From assembly GCA_043719805.1 (NCBI GenBank), contig JAYSTI010000055.1, forward strand, positions 2,760 to 66,759: a stretch of 64,000 nucleotides of DNA, written 5' to 3'. Position numbers and translations under genes: made by a program. The notes beneath the pieces are model-generated. The model was not told where the DNA came from. It made no database searches and saw only the letters and a list, made by a program, of their open reading frames with translations. Origin of the DNA: Candidatus Lloydbacteria bacterium. Lineage in GTDB: Bacteria; Patescibacteriota; Minisyncoccia; Phycocordibacterales; UBA6899. Every line of letters begins with the position of its first letter. Within the stretch, counting starts at the first letter, position 1. Below, piece after piece: positions 38,705 through 49,003 of this stretch.

Positions 38705-39577
38705 CTAGCGCACCTCGTAGGTGATGGTCACACTGGAGGTGTACTTATTCTCTCCTGCGGGAATATTTGCAGCCTCCGGTGCAACATCAGCCGACGTTGC
38801 CTTCATTTCCATTCCCCCGCGCGCATAATTATACGTAGGGTAGTTACTTCCCTCGCTGAAAGAAGTAATACGCACAATGTCGACACCGAGCTGCGCTGCG
38901 AGTTTCTTTGCTTTTGCCTGCGCCTTCTCTATTGCTTCTTTGCGTGCCGACTCCTTCACGACGTCTTCGTCGTCAACGGTGAAAGTGAGCCCGCTTACAT
39001 ACGATGCACCTTTGTCGGAAAGTCCGCCGAGGACGAGTCCGGCATCATCAATCTCGTGGATACGCACGTCTACGGACTGCGTCACTTCATACCCGACGAG
39101 CACCTGCTTCCCCTCCTGTGGCGGGCAATTATATCCCAAAGCACATGGGACGTAAGCGCCGGTCTTCTGCCACTCATATTTTGGATTCAGGTTATATGCG
39201 GTCGTTTTAATATCCTTATCTTCAACCTTCGATTCCTCAAGAAAAGCGTGGATGGCTTTCATCTTTCCATCAACCAGCTTCCGTGCCTCAGGGGCAGTCT
39301 TTGCTTCGTCGGTAATTGAAAACGAAATCTCCGCGATATCAGGAATCGCATATGCTTCGCCTTCCCCCGTGACATTGATGGAAGTCTGCTCACCCGGCAC
39401 ATCTCTCCCGATAAACTGATAGGACTTTAATTCTCCCACAAAGAGTGCAAGCAAAAAGAGCGAGCCCGACACGATAAGGAGTAAGGCTCCCGCGACGACG
39501 GGCTTCTTCCAACACTTACCGGTGCAAGGACCCTTGCAGCCCATACACACTTCCTCGACATGATTTTCTGTTGCCAT
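38705..39577 (-). CDS. SIMPL domain (DUF541) protein
   Basis: INVTGEGEAYAIPDIAEISF, ARKEAIEKAQAKAKKLA, IPAGENKYTSSVTITYEV. Confidence 0.92.
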   Translation of the reverse strand: MATENHVEEVCMGCKGPCTGKCWKKPVVAGALLLIVSGSLFLLALFVGELKSYQFIGRDVPGEQTSINVTGEGEAYAIPDIAEISFSITDEAKTAPEARKLVDGKMKAIHAFLEESKVEDKDIKTTAYNLNPKYEWQKTGAYVPCALGYNCPPQEGKQVLVGYEVTQSVDVRIHEIDDAGLVLGGLSDKGASYVSGLTFTVDDEDVVKESARKEAIEKAQAKAKKLAAQLGVDIVRITSFSEGSNYPTYNYARGGMEMKATSADVAPEAANIPAGENKYTSSVTITYEVR

Positions 39578-39779
39578 ATGAATTGTAAATTAGTAAATAA
39601 TAAGCTGATTTGCATCAATTATAACACAGCAACAACAGGATTGTGACACGTGCGGGCTAAGGGGTAGAAATAGCTTTATTTTATTGACTTTCGTGTGGAA
39701 AAGAATTAAATGGATGCGTTGTCCTGGTGGCAACTGCGGTGGGGATGGTCCCTGCGGCAAACTTCTTGGAGAAGTTGAA

Positions 39780-40163
39780 ATGGTAAAAAGTTTACGCTGG
39801 ACTCAATACACATCGCGAGCGGAAGCATTCGCAGAGGAGGCGTTGCGACAGGTGCTTGGTACGCAAAAAACCTTGCTCTGGCTCTATCGCGAATGTGAGC
39901 AGGAGGAAATAGAAGAGTCGCAGGAGGAACGGAGTAGTGGCGCGACAAAACGCTACATTAACATCTCTGGCACACTCCACGAAGGGCAACGCATAAGGAT
40001 TTCCATCTTCATCGAGCGACTAGCTCGAGAGTGGCCCTTCCTCGTGAAGTATGTCGAAGTGCGGGTGAAGAACAGTCAGGAACATGCGAACGTGCACGGG
40101 GAGAAGTCGCGACTGAGGGTCTTCCTTGCACCTGAAAGCGAATTCGCGAGTCTCTTCGCATAA
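39780..40163 (+). CDS. Hypothetical protein (SD-led)
   Basis: GGAG 8 nt before ATG 39780; followed by ATCGCCCCA-ca-TGGGGCGAT terminator. Confidence 0.55.
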   Translation: MVKSLRWTQYTSRAEAFAEEALRQVLGTQKTLLWLYRECEQEEIEESQEERSSGATKRYINISGTLHEGQRIRISIFIERLAREWPFLVKYVEVRVKNSQEHANVHGEKSRLRVFLAPESEFASLFA

Positions 40164-40193
40164 GCAGCACATCGCCCCACATGGGGCGATCTT

Positions 40194-41990
40194 TTATTTC
40201 ACCGTCACCGATTTCGCGAGATTGCGCGGTTTGTCGGGATCGTTACCGCGGAGTACCGCGAGATGATAGGCAAGGAGCTGTACGGGGATGATGCTTGCGA
40301 TTGGGGACGCAATACCGAGGTCGGGCACTTTAATCCATTCGTCGAAGAGCTTGCTGTTGTCGGGTGCGATACCGATGACGTACGCACCACGACTCTTAAT
40401 CTCCATCGTGTTCGACTCCATGTCACGCTTGGTCTCATCGTTTGGAATGAGTGCGATGACCAGTGTTCCCTTCTCGATGAGTGCAATTGGCCCGTGCTTT
40501 AATTCTCCGCCGGGAAATCCCTCCGCGTGAATATACGAAACTTCTTGTATTTTAATTGCCGCCTCCTGCGCGACGGGGGCGTTCAGTCCACGCCCGATGA
40601 TGTAGAGGTCGTTCTGCTTCACGAGTTTTCCAGCGATTTTTTTTATCTCATGCGAAACATCAGGGGTGAGCCACGCTTTGATATCTTTCACGGCACCGCG
40701 CATAATGTGTTTTCCTTCAGCGAGTTTTTTACCGAGTGCATGCGCGATGAGAATCAGCACGGCAATCTGCGCGGTCGCCGCCTTCGTTGAAGCCACGGCA
40801 ATCTCCGGTCCGGCGTTCAGGAACAGTGTCTTCTTAGACATACGGTCAATTGATGAGCCGACGACATTGAGGAGTGCGAGGATGCGCGCGCCCTCCTTCT
40901 CTGCGACGCGAAGTCCCTCGAGTACATCCGCAGTCTCCCCGCTCTGCGACACGGCGACAATCGTACTTTTTTTATTGAGGAACTGCCCGTAGGCGGCAAA
41001 CTCGCTCCCGACATAGGCGTTCGTCAGCTTTCCCGCGACGCGCGCCGCATAGAGCTCACCGAGCTTTGCCATCTTTGCCGCCGTTCCACAGCCAATAAAG
41101 AAAAGATGCTCCGACTCTTTCATCAGTCGTGCGAATTCCTCAAGCTTCGCATCCTCCTGGTGAATTGCCTTGTCGAGGGACTGCCCCTGTTCCATTATTT
41201 CCTTCAGCATGAAATGCGGGTAGCCCTCTTTGGTGGCGCTCGCCTTATCCCACGTTACGGTGACCCACTCGTGGTCGACTTTCTTTCCCGTTCGGAGCTC
41301 ACGAATCATGATGCTGTCGGCGGAAACCTTCATGTATTCCTGGTCCCCGGGGTAGAGCACGGTACGCGTGTGGTCAATAAAAGCAGGCACATCGGACGCA
41401 AGGAAGAATTCATGTGCACCTTTCCCCACCACGAGTGGTGAGCCGTCACGCATCGCGAGGAGATACGGCTCCCCAAGCTTCATCACGACAACGGCAAACC
41501 TGCCTTCGAGCATTTTCCCCGCATCGACGAACGCGGTCTCAAAATTTTTCTTTTCATGAGTTATGAAATATTCGATGAGGTGCGGGATGACCTCTGTATC
41601 TGTTTCGGAAACAAAAAGTTCGTTCGCCGCGGCGCCAAGCTTTGAGCGCAAAAAAGTCCGTATCTCTTCATGGTTCTCGACGATGCCGTTGTGGATGACC
41701 GCGATGGTCTTGGCTTTGTTGAAATGCGGGTGAGCATTCAGCTCCGTAACTGCGCCGTGCGTCGCCCATCGCGAATGACCAATTGCCATTTTGCCCATTA
41801 ACCCTTTCACGTCAGAGAGCGGTGCACCCGATATCTTTCCCGCGGCCTTAACCGAAAACATTCCGGAGTCAGTTTCCGCGGCGATACCCCACGAGTCGTA
41901 GCCGCGATACTCGAGTTCACAAAGCGCCCGATTGGTCATGAGTGCCACCTCTTTTTTCTTATCACCGATGTATCCAAATATTCCACACAT
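40194..41990 (-). CDS. glmS: Glutamine-fructose-6-phosphate transaminase
   Basis: MCGIFG, GHSRWATHG, SQSGETAD, ELKHGP, PRNLAKSVTV. Confidence 0.98.
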   Translation of the reverse strand: MCGIFGYIGDKKKEVALMTNRALCELEYRGYDSWGIAAETDSGMFSVKAAGKISGAPLSDVKGLMGKMAIGHSRWATHGAVTELNAHPHFNKAKTIAVIHNGIVENHEEIRTFLRSKLGAAANELFVSETDTEVIPHLIEYFITHEKKNFETAFVDAGKMLEGRFAVVVMKLGEPYLLAMRDGSPLVVGKGAHEFFLASDVPAFIDHTRTVLYPGDQEYMKVSADSIMIRELRTGKKVDHEWVTVTWDKASATKEGYPHFMLKEIMEQGQSLDKAIHQEDAKLEEFARLMKESEHLFFIGCGTAAKMAKLGELYAARVAGKLTNAYVGSEFAAYGQFLNKKSTIVAVSQSGETADVLEGLRVAEKEGARILALLNVVGSSIDRMSKKTLFLNAGPEIAVASTKAATAQIAVLILIAHALGKKLAEGKHIMRGAVKDIKAWLTPDVSHEIKKIAGKLVKQNDLYIIGRGLNAPVAQEAAIKIQEVSYIHAEGFPGGELKHGPIALIEKGTLVIALIPNDETKRDMESNTMEIKSRGAYVIGIAPDNSKLFDEWIKVPDLGIASPIASIIPVQLLAYHLAVLRGNDPDKPRNLAKSVTVK

Positions 41991-42101
41991 GTTCGTCTAT
42001 TATAACGTTGCGGTAAGCAAAACGTTACTTTTTCGCCAATCCTTGCATTGCAAATAAATGTGTTGTAGTTTTTGTGAGGCTCAACTTGCACAAAGGTAAA
42101 A

Positions 42102-42494
42102 ATGGAAAAGCACGCTGTCCGAATTCCGCACATGATTCCGTTGCTCGATTGGAGCACGAACGGCACCTGGCAGGACACACTCAGGGAGGAGCTACTCGCA
42201 CTCCCCGCAGACACCCTCACCATGTGCATCAAAAGCGTGTCTGCCATCAATCAGGTGGGATACCCGTATGTCTTCGGTCTTCATGGGCACTCACGTGGCG
42301 GGCTATGGGAACCCATCGCAAAACTCCCCGGTTACGAGTACTGCTGGGAAACCATCGACGGGCGCACGCTCGATGAGCTGAATATTTTCGGTCCCTTTGA
42401 TGCGACACTCTTGAGTCAGATCATCGAGAGATTCGAGGCCAAGGGACTCAAGCTCGACGACCGATGGAGCCTCCTCGTCACCTTCGGGACATAG
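42102..42494 (+). CDS. Hypothetical protein
   Basis: 130-aa ORF filling the glmS-murD gap; weak SD AAGGT; terminator CACCCGC..GCGGGTG. Confidence 0.6.
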   Translation: MEKHAVRIPHMIPLLDWSTNGTWQDTLREELLALPADTLTMCIKSVSAINQVGYPYVFGLHGHSRGGLWEPIAKLPGYEYCWETIDGRTLDELNIFGPFDATLLSQIIERFEAKGLKLDDRWSLLVTFGT

Positions 42495-42533
42495 CCGCAT
42501 TCTTTTACCCCCACCCGCATCACGCGGGTGTTT

Positions 42534-44012
42534 TTATTTTGTGTATTTTTTCACCAATTTATTAAACTGCTCTCCGCGATCGAATTCGTGGAGGAATTTT
42601 TCAAAGCTCGCCGCCCCAGGAGAGAAGAGTATCGTCACGTTTCCCTCACTATTTTTTGCCTTCCCGCCGGTGGTTTTGAGGAGGATTTTCGCCACGCGAA
42701 ATGCCTCGACCACGCAGAAATCAAGGTTTTTGAGCACTTTTATGTCAAGGAGAGTCCTTGACATTTTTTGTTGATGGAACGATTTTTGGAGCTTTGTTGA
42801 AGCAGAGCCTTCAAGGATGATGAGTCGGTCGACGGGAATATGCTTCGTGATTACTTTCGCGAGTTCCGCAAACTCGAGTTCTTTGTCGGTTCCGCCGGCA
42901 ATGAGGACGATGTTGCTCGTTTTGCGGAAGCGTTCTATTGCCGCGATGGTGCCGTCGGGTGAGGTGGAGCAACTGTCGTTCACCACCATTAGTCTTCCCT
43001 TCTCGAATATTTTTTCTTGGCGCATCTTTGGAGTAGGCAGTCGCAGTACGTCGCGCTCACTGACTATGACCATAGGATCGAAAAGTTTCACTGCGAGTAC
43101 CGCATTCATCAGATTCTCGAGATTGTGTGCGCCGCGCGTTGCGATAAATTTTTTCACGGAGAAAAGTTTTTGTTCGATTCCGTCGAAGCGAAACACCAGT
43201 GCATCGTTCTTCACGTAGAGCCCGTGCAAACTTTTCGGAAGCGTTTTTTTGCTGATGAAGAAAAGAATTGCTTTGGGTTTCTTTTTCAAAAAATGTGCAG
43301 TCCAAAAGTTATCGTGATTAAGTACTAAAAAATCATCAGATTTCTGGAGTGCAAATATATTTGCCTTTGCATTCGCGTAATTTTTTATTCCGTCGTAGCG
43401 ATTAAGGTGGTCTGGGTACAGGTTCGTAATGACCGAAACATGTGGAGCACGCCCACCCGAAGAAAGGTGCTCAAGCTGCCACGACGACATCTCGGCGACA
43501 ACAGGTGTACCCTTTCCGCTCACCCGCTCAAACTCTTTGAGGAATGCATTGTCGGGAGTGTTGCCCGACGAACGAACGTCGTGATATTTTTTTTGAAGCA
43601 ACGTTGCGGCCCAGAGTGTCGTCGTCGTCTTACCCCTCGTTCCCGTCACTGCGATGACCGGGTTATCGCAATAGCGGAAAAACAAGCTCGCGTCGTTTTC
43701 AATGCGCGCCCCCGCTTTTGCCGCTGTGTACAAATACTCACTCTCGCGCGGGACTCCCGGATTTACCACGACGATGTCCTGTTTTTCAAAATCCTTGTGA
43801 CGGTGCTCACCCAGCACATAGCGAACGGGGAGATTTTTGAGCGCAGCAATCGATGAAGCGAGCACCTCTTTTGTGCGTTTGTCAGTCGCCGTGACGCGTG
43901 CGCCGTGCTTTATAAGCCACTTCGCCGTCGCGACTCCGCCACCATGGAGCCCTAGTCCCATGACCAATGCGCGCCTGCCAGAAAAATAGTTTTGTACTTC
44001 CTTCCTTATCAT
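42534..44012 (-). CDS. murD: UDP-MurNAc-L-Ala--D-glutamate ligase
   Basis: VMGLGLHGGG, AVTGTRGKTTT, EMSSWQL, NLYPDHLNRY, FSPGAASF..DRG. Confidence 0.95.
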   Translation of the reverse strand: MIRKEVQNYFSGRRALVMGLGLHGGGVATAKWLIKHGARVTATDKRTKEVLASSIAALKNLPVRYVLGEHRHKDFEKQDIVVVNPGVPRESEYLYTAAKAGARIENDASLFFRYCDNPVIAVTGTRGKTTTTLWAATLLQKKYHDVRSSGNTPDNAFLKEFERVSGKGTPVVAEMSSWQLEHLSSGGRAPHVSVITNLYPDHLNRYDGIKNYANAKANIFALQKSDDFLVLNHDNFWTAHFLKKKPKAILFFISKKTLPKSLHGLYVKNDALVFRFDGIEQKLFSVKKFIATRGAHNLENLMNAVLAVKLFDPMVIVSERDVLRLPTPKMRQEKIFEKGRLMVVNDSCSTSPDGTIAAIERFRKTSNIVLIAGGTDKELEFAELAKVITKHIPVDRLIILEGSASTKLQKSFHQQKMSRTLLDIKVLKNLDFCVVEAFRVAKILLKTTGGKAKNSEGNVTILFSPGAASFEKFLHEFDRGEQFNKLVKKYTK

Positions 44013-44127
44013 CTGTACATTCTAACACAGCAAAAACACCTCAAAAATTGACACCCCGCCCTAGTATGGTTGAGTGAGTAGCAGTATCAAGTGTACTTTG
44101 TAATTCTTTATTCCGAGGAGGGATATT

Positions 44128-46101
44128 GTGAACAAACAATGGCTTTTGAGAATGGCAATGTGGGCACTAGCCGCCTTCATGCTTGTTTCTGTTTTGAAGT
44201 CGCTAAAAAATAGCGAACTGACAGAAAACGGCGAGGTGTCCTATTCTGTTTTCCTCGAGGAAGTGCAGAAGAAGCACATCAAGGCAGTTCAACTACAGGA
44301 AGTCGTTGGCGGCACCAAGGTAATGGCACTCACAAAGGACGACAAGCGGTTTTTCACGATTGCGACTCATCTAGATCGCGGACTGATTGGTGACCTTATC
44401 AACAATGGCGTCCAATTCGATGTCAGAGTACCCGAGCAGCCGTCTCTCTTTGTGACAATACTCGTCAGCTGGGCACCGATGCTCCTCATGATTGGTGTAA
44501 TGATCTATTTCTTTCGCAAGATGTCCGGAGGCGGTTCCGGTAGCATTGGTGGCTTCGGAAAATCCAAGGCCCGAATGCTCGACCCTTCGACCAACAACAT
44601 CACCTTCGCGGATGTCGCAGGATGTGACGAAGCAAAAGAAGAAGTGATGGAACTCGTGCAATTCCTGCGTGACCCTGCCCAATTTCAAAAACTGGGCGGA
44701 CGTATTCCGCGGGGATGTTTGCTCGTTGGCCCTCCGGGAACAGGCAAGACCCTGATTGCAAAAGCTATCGCCGGGGAAGCCAAAGTTCCCTTCTTCACGA
44801 TTTCGGGTTCCGATTTCGTCGAAATGTATGTCGGCGTCGGCGCCGCTCGTGTGCGCGACATGTTCGTGGAAGCAAAGAAGGCTGCGCCCTGCATCCTCTT
44901 CATGGATGAAATCGACGCCGTCGGACGCCAGCGCGGAGCAGGGCTCGGCGGCGGCAATGATGAACGCGAACAAACGCTGAATCAGATGCTTGTGGAGATG
45001 GATGGCTTCGAGACCAACACCGGCGTCATCGTCGTGGCCGCAACAAACCGCCCCGACATTCTCGACCCGGCACTACTGCGCCCCGGACGTTTCGACCGGC
45101 AAGTCTACGTGACGCTGCCTGATGTACGCGGTCGTGAGCAGGTCTTGAACGTGCACATTCGCAAAGTGGCGCTGGGCAAAGACATCCATACCGACATTTT
45201 GGCTCGGGGCACACCCGGATTCTCAGGTGCGGACCTCGCAAACCTAGTGAACGAAGCGGCACTCTTTGCCGCGCGACGCAAGGCATCGGTCGTCGAGATG
45301 GCCGACTTTGAAAAGGCCAAAGAAAAAATCATGATGGGCCCCGAGCGGAAGTCGATGATCATGCCGGAAAGCGAACGCAGGAACACCGCGTACCACGAAT
45401 CGGGGCACGTGCTCGTCGCACGACTCATGCCGAAGACCGATCCGGTGCACAAGGTCACAATCATTCCTCGCGGACGCGCGCTGGGCGTCACCATGCAACT
45501 TCCCGAAGCTGACCGTTATAGCTCGGACAAGATTCGCATGCTTTCGACGCTTGCCGTCCTCTTTGGAGGCCGCATAGCCGAAGAAGTCTTCATGCAGGAA
45601 ATGACGACCGGCGCTTCGAACGATTTCGAACGCGCAACGCAAATCGCTCGCGAGATGGTGACCCGCTACGGCATGAGCGACAAAATCGGCGTCATGGTCT
45701 ATGCGGAAAACGACGGGGAAGTATTCCTCGGTCGCTCGGTGACTCAGAGCAAGAACGTCAGCGAAGAAACACTGCGGACCATTGAAGTCGAGGTCAAGAG
45801 AATTCTCGACGAGCAATACGCAGTGGCCCGAGCCCTTATCGAAGCCAATCAGGACAAAATGCACGTCATGGCCAAAACCCTCCTCGAATGGGAGACGCTT
45901 GATGCCCATCAAATCGACGACATCATGAATGATCGTCCGCCACGTCCGCCGCCTCCGGTCCCCCCCGTCGTCGACGTGAAGCCAGGCAGGCCCTCATTGC
46001 TCCACGTTCCGGGAATCGATCCCGAAGCAGCCAAGATGGCTGCGCAGTTGGGCATGCAACCCATCAGTCCGGACGACAAAGAAAAAGAAGAAAAGAAGTG
46101 A
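44128..46101 (+). CDS. ftsH: ATP-dependent zinc metalloprotease FtsH (SD-led, proteobacterial-like)
   Basis: [33 protein letters not shown]; GAGGAGG before GTG; TTGACA at 44048. Confidence 0.98.
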   Translation: MNKQWLLRMAMWALAAFMLVSVLKSLKNSELTENGEVSYSVFLEEVQKKHIKAVQLQEVVGGTKVMALTKDDKRFFTIATHLDRGLIGDLINNGVQFDVRVPEQPSLFVTILVSWAPMLLMIGVMIYFFRKMSGGGSGSIGGFGKSKARMLDPSTNNITFADVAGCDEAKEEVMELVQFLRDPAQFQKLGGRIPRGCLLVGPPGTGKTLIAKAIAGEAKVPFFTISGSDFVEMYVGVGAARVRDMFVEAKKAAPCILFMDEIDAVGRQRGAGLGGGNDEREQTLNQMLVEMDGFETNTGVIVVAATNRPDILDPALLRPGRFDRQVYVTLPDVRGREQVLNVHIRKVALGKDIHTDILARGTPGFSGADLANLVNEAALFAARRKASVVEMADFEKAKEKIMMGPERKSMIMPESERRNTAYHESGHVLVARLMPKTDPVHKVTIIPRGRALGVTMQLPEADRYSSDKIRMLSTLAVLFGGRIAEEVFMQEMTTGASNDFERATQIAREMVTRYGMSDKIGVMVYAENDGEVFLGRSVTQSKNVSEETLRTIEVEVKRILDEQYAVARALIEANQDKMHVMAKTLLEWETLDAHQIDDIMNDRPPRPPPPVPPVVDVKPGRPSLLHVPGIDPEAAKMAAQLGMQPISPDDKEKEEKK

Positions 46102-46385
46102 AAGCAACGCCGACAACCTGCCGGCGTTTTTTTATTCTGTATTTTTGGGATGACAAAGGGCTTTATAAATGTTCGTCAATCTGGCATAATTTCACCATGA
46201 ATGAAGAGACTCACAGCATTGTCGAAGAGGGACCGGAAATGAATACCGCCGAGCGGTTCGCGGAACTTGTCAGGCGATATGGGGAGAACCCATAGGTTGG
46301 AATTGCGCAACAACAATTGACTAATTACATAATTCGTTATATACTGAATTTAGCTATCTGTTCCAACTACCACCGGAGAGAAATC

Positions 46386-46688
46386 ATGGGTCAATACACG
46401 CTCGCATCGATCCCCCACGACCTCGCACATAGAATCGAAGATGACCCCTCTTTTGGCGCTCGTCTCATTCGCGCAATCATGGGGCGACGTAACCCCAATA
46501 CCCCCGAGAGTGTCCCCGAGGTGCACTCCGTGCAACTTGGACCGCAGTTTCATTCACACGATACATTCGTGGTGTCCGTCGAAGAAGGCACCATTGTGCG
46601 CCTCACGTCGGAAGAGCAGTTCTACGTCACGGAAGCACTGCGCCGGTTTCGCAAGAAGCAAGTGAAACAAGCTGCGTCCGCCGAGTGA
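46386..46688 (+). CDS. Hypothetical protein (SD-led)
   Basis: GGAG before ATG 46386; TTGACT..TATACT promoter 46317-46345; terminator CGCCGAC..GTCGGCG. Confidence 0.65.
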   Translation: MGQYTLASIPHDLAHRIEDDPSFGARLIRAIMGRRNPNTPESVPEVHSVQLGPQFHSHDTFVVSVEEGTIVRLTSEEQFYVTEALRRFRKKQVKQAASAE

Positions 46689-46762
46689 CTCGAGTAGAAA
46701 CTCCCACCTCAACCCGCCGACCTCGTGTCGGCGGCGTTTTATTTTCTCAACAAACTCAAACT

Positions 46763-46918
46763 CCGTTCCTCCTAAGCGGGGGCTTATCACTTTTGAAAGG
46801 ACTCTCGCAGGGCAATTGGCTTGGTCCTCATTCTGATGAGGCAATTGGCCGAGAGTGACAACGGCCCCAGCAGGAGGGGCCGACTGTGTGCCTTTCAAAA
46901 GTTGATAAACCCGAGCGG
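46763..46918. repeat. Structured dispersed element, copy 4 (inverted orientation)
   Basis: Minus strand: CGCTCGGGTTTATCAACTTTTGAAAGG..CGGCCCC tcctgct GGGGCCG..CAATTG[CCTCAT caga ATGAGG]ACCAAGC-CAATTG..CCTTTCAAAAGTGATAAGCCCCCGCTTAGGAG. Confidence 0.78.
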
Positions 46919-48343
46919 CTATTTTACGCCGTGGGGGCCCGATTCGGTAAGGCCAGCATTACTCATCTTGATGAACTCCGCATTCTTTTCTAATTGTTCG
47001 AGGTTCTTTGCGCCGAGATAGCTCATTGAGGAACGTAGTCCGCCGATGAGGTCCATGACGACCATGTTTGCCTCGCCGCGATATGCAACACGCCCTGATG
47101 CTCCCTCTGGCGAACGGAACGTGCCGTCTGTTCCGCCGTCTACTTCGATTTTTTCACGCGTGGCATCATAGGAAGCCATGCCGCGATAATATTTGTATGC
47201 GACACCACGGTCGAGAATATATTCTCCCGGTGACTCCTTGCATCCGGCAAGAAGATTGCCGATCATAACCGTATTCGCGCCCGCCGCCATTGCCTTGGAA
47301 AAATCACCAGAATTTTTTATTCCTCCGTCTGCGATGAATGGAATGCCAAGCTTCTTTGCTTCTTTTGCGACATCCATGATTGCAGTCAATTGTGGCACGC
47401 CAACGCCGGTCACAATGCGAGTTGTACACGCAGCACCCGGGCCGATACCCACCTTGAGTCCGTCCGCTCCGGCTTTTGCAAGGTCGCGCGCCGCCTCGGG
47501 GGTGGCGATGTTTCCCGCAATAATCTCTATGCTTTTACCAAATGTTTTACGCAGCAATCGCGTGGTCTGAATTGCTCGCTCGTTGTGCCCATGGGCTATG
47601 TCGATGACGATAACGTCCGCTCCCGCTTTGAGAAGTGCGTCGGTACGTGAAATCGTATCTTCTTTTACGCCAACCGCAGCACCCACCATCAGCCTCCCTC
47701 TCTTGTCCTTCGTCGACATAGGATTTTGCATGCGCTCGATGATATCGCAGAGCGTGATGAGCCCGACAAGATAACCCTCTTTTGTGGTGAGGGGAAGTTT
47801 TTCGATGCGATAGTCATGCAAAATTTCTCTTGCCTTTTCAAGTGTGACATTGGGGCGCGCAGTGATGAGGTCGGTACTCATGAGCGACGACACTTTCTTG
47901 CGGTCATCAGTTTCGAAGAGCAGGTCTCGGGCGGTCAAAATGCCGACAAGCAATGTTTTGCCTGCCTTCTCCTTCACAACAAGCACGCCGGAAACTCCCT
48001 CGCGCCGCATGTAACTTTTTGCCTCACCGAGCGTTATGTCCGGATGTACAGTAAAAGGATCCTCAATGATAACGTTTTCTGCGCGTTTCACCTTTTTTAC
48101 TTCCTCAATCTGACGCTCGATGGAGAGGAATCGATGAATGATGCCGATGCCGCCCATGCGCGCCATTGCGCGAGCCATTCCCGATTCGGTCACCGTGTCC
48201 ATGTTCGCCGAAACGAGAGGGATGTTGAGAGAAATATTTTTAGAAAGCTGCGCCTTTGTTGATGTGTCTTTGCGCGAAAATACCGCGGAGCGTCGCGGCA
48301 GGAGGAGCACATCGTCAAACGTCAGTCCTTCACGGATATTCAT
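46919..48343 (-). CDS. guaB: IMP dehydrogenase with CBS pair
   Basis: [36 protein letters not shown]. Confidence 0.95.
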   Translation of the reverse strand: MNIREGLTFDDVLLLPRRSAVFSRKDTSTKAQLSKNISLNIPLVSANMDTVTESGMARAMARMGGIGIIHRFLSIERQIEEVKKVKRAENVIIEDPFTVHPDITLGEAKSYMRREGVSGVLVVKEKAGKTLLVGILTARDLLFETDDRKKVSSLMSTDLITARPNVTLEKAREILHDYRIEKLPLTTKEGYLVGLITLCDIIERMQNPMSTKDKRGRLMVGAAVGVKEDTISRTDALLKAGADVIVIDIAHGHNERAIQTTRLLRKTFGKSIEIIAGNIATPEAARDLAKAGADGLKVGIGPGAACTTRIVTGVGVPQLTAIMDVAKEAKKLGIPFIADGGIKNSGDFSKAMAAGANTVMIGNLLAGCKESPGEYILDRGVAYKYYRGMASYDATREKIEVDGGTDGTFRSPEGASGRVAYRGEANMVVMDLIGGLRSSMSYLGAKNLEQLEKNAEFIKMSNAGLTESGPHGVK

Positions 48344-48429
48344 ACGTCGGTATTATACTCCATCAGAATGAAACGACCAAAAACACCCAGCCGGGCGGGA
48401 GTTCTGTGTTATGCCGAAGTAACCAGAAA

Positions 48430-48891
48430 CTATTCAGCGGTGCCCTCCTTGAGCGTCGAGAGATAGTTGAAGTCTGCATTTTTTACGCTCGCGTTTTGGT
48501 TCAAGGTGGCGATAGCTTTCGTGGCGCCCTTGCCGTCACCCTCATCCTTCACTTGCACCAAGAAAAGCGGTGCCATGGTAAAACGCTGCAGCATTTTCCC
48601 GCCTACACCATCGATAATACTGAGTGATGCTTCCTCCGAAACGCCGGGCCGAAATTCAACAATAATCTGATTTGATACATATTCACGCCCCGTTTTTTCA
48701 TCCTTAATGACGTTATTGACGGACTCAGGGTCCATGAGCGGAACTCCTGCCGGTGGTATGCCGCTTCCACTATTATTTCCCGAAAGCGCGGCGTCGGCAA
48801 GACCAGTCTTTTCCTGTTTCGCATAATAAGCACCCCCGAGAAGGAGCGCCAGCCCGAGTACGATAACAATATTTTTTTTCATTTGGTCCAT
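48430..48891 (-). CDS. Membrane-anchored protein with subtilase prodomain-like domain
   Basis: N-terminal TM; EYVSNQIIVEFRPGVS..VKNADFNY; no catalytic domain. Confidence 0.6.
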   Translation of the reverse strand: MDQMKKNIVIVLGLALLLGGAYYAKQEKTGLADAALSGNNSGSGIPPAGVPLMDPESVNNVIKDEKTGREYVSNQIIVEFRPGVSEEASLSIIDGVGGKMLQRFTMAPLFLVQVKDEGDGKGATKAIATLNQNASVKNADFNYLSTLKEGTAE

Positions 48892-49003
48892 TGCACTATC
48901 ATAACGCCAGCGACCATCGGAAGCAAACTGTTCTATTCACGGTTGCACTATCATCACAATATGTTTACATGGGCCTAGATGTACCCACCCAAAGGAGATA
49001 TCA

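Noticed and set aside
39710-39778. Trp-rich 22-aa uORF (MDALSWWQLRWGWSLRQTSWRS) as an attenuator leader
   Set aside because: No terminator/antiterminator follows, the Trp codons arise from TGG-rich sequence, and the downstream gene has no link to tryptophan.
46198-46295. Short ORF MNEETHSIVEEGPEM.. after the ftsH terminator
   Set aside because: About 32 codons; possibly a leaderless gene remnant but too little evidence to call.
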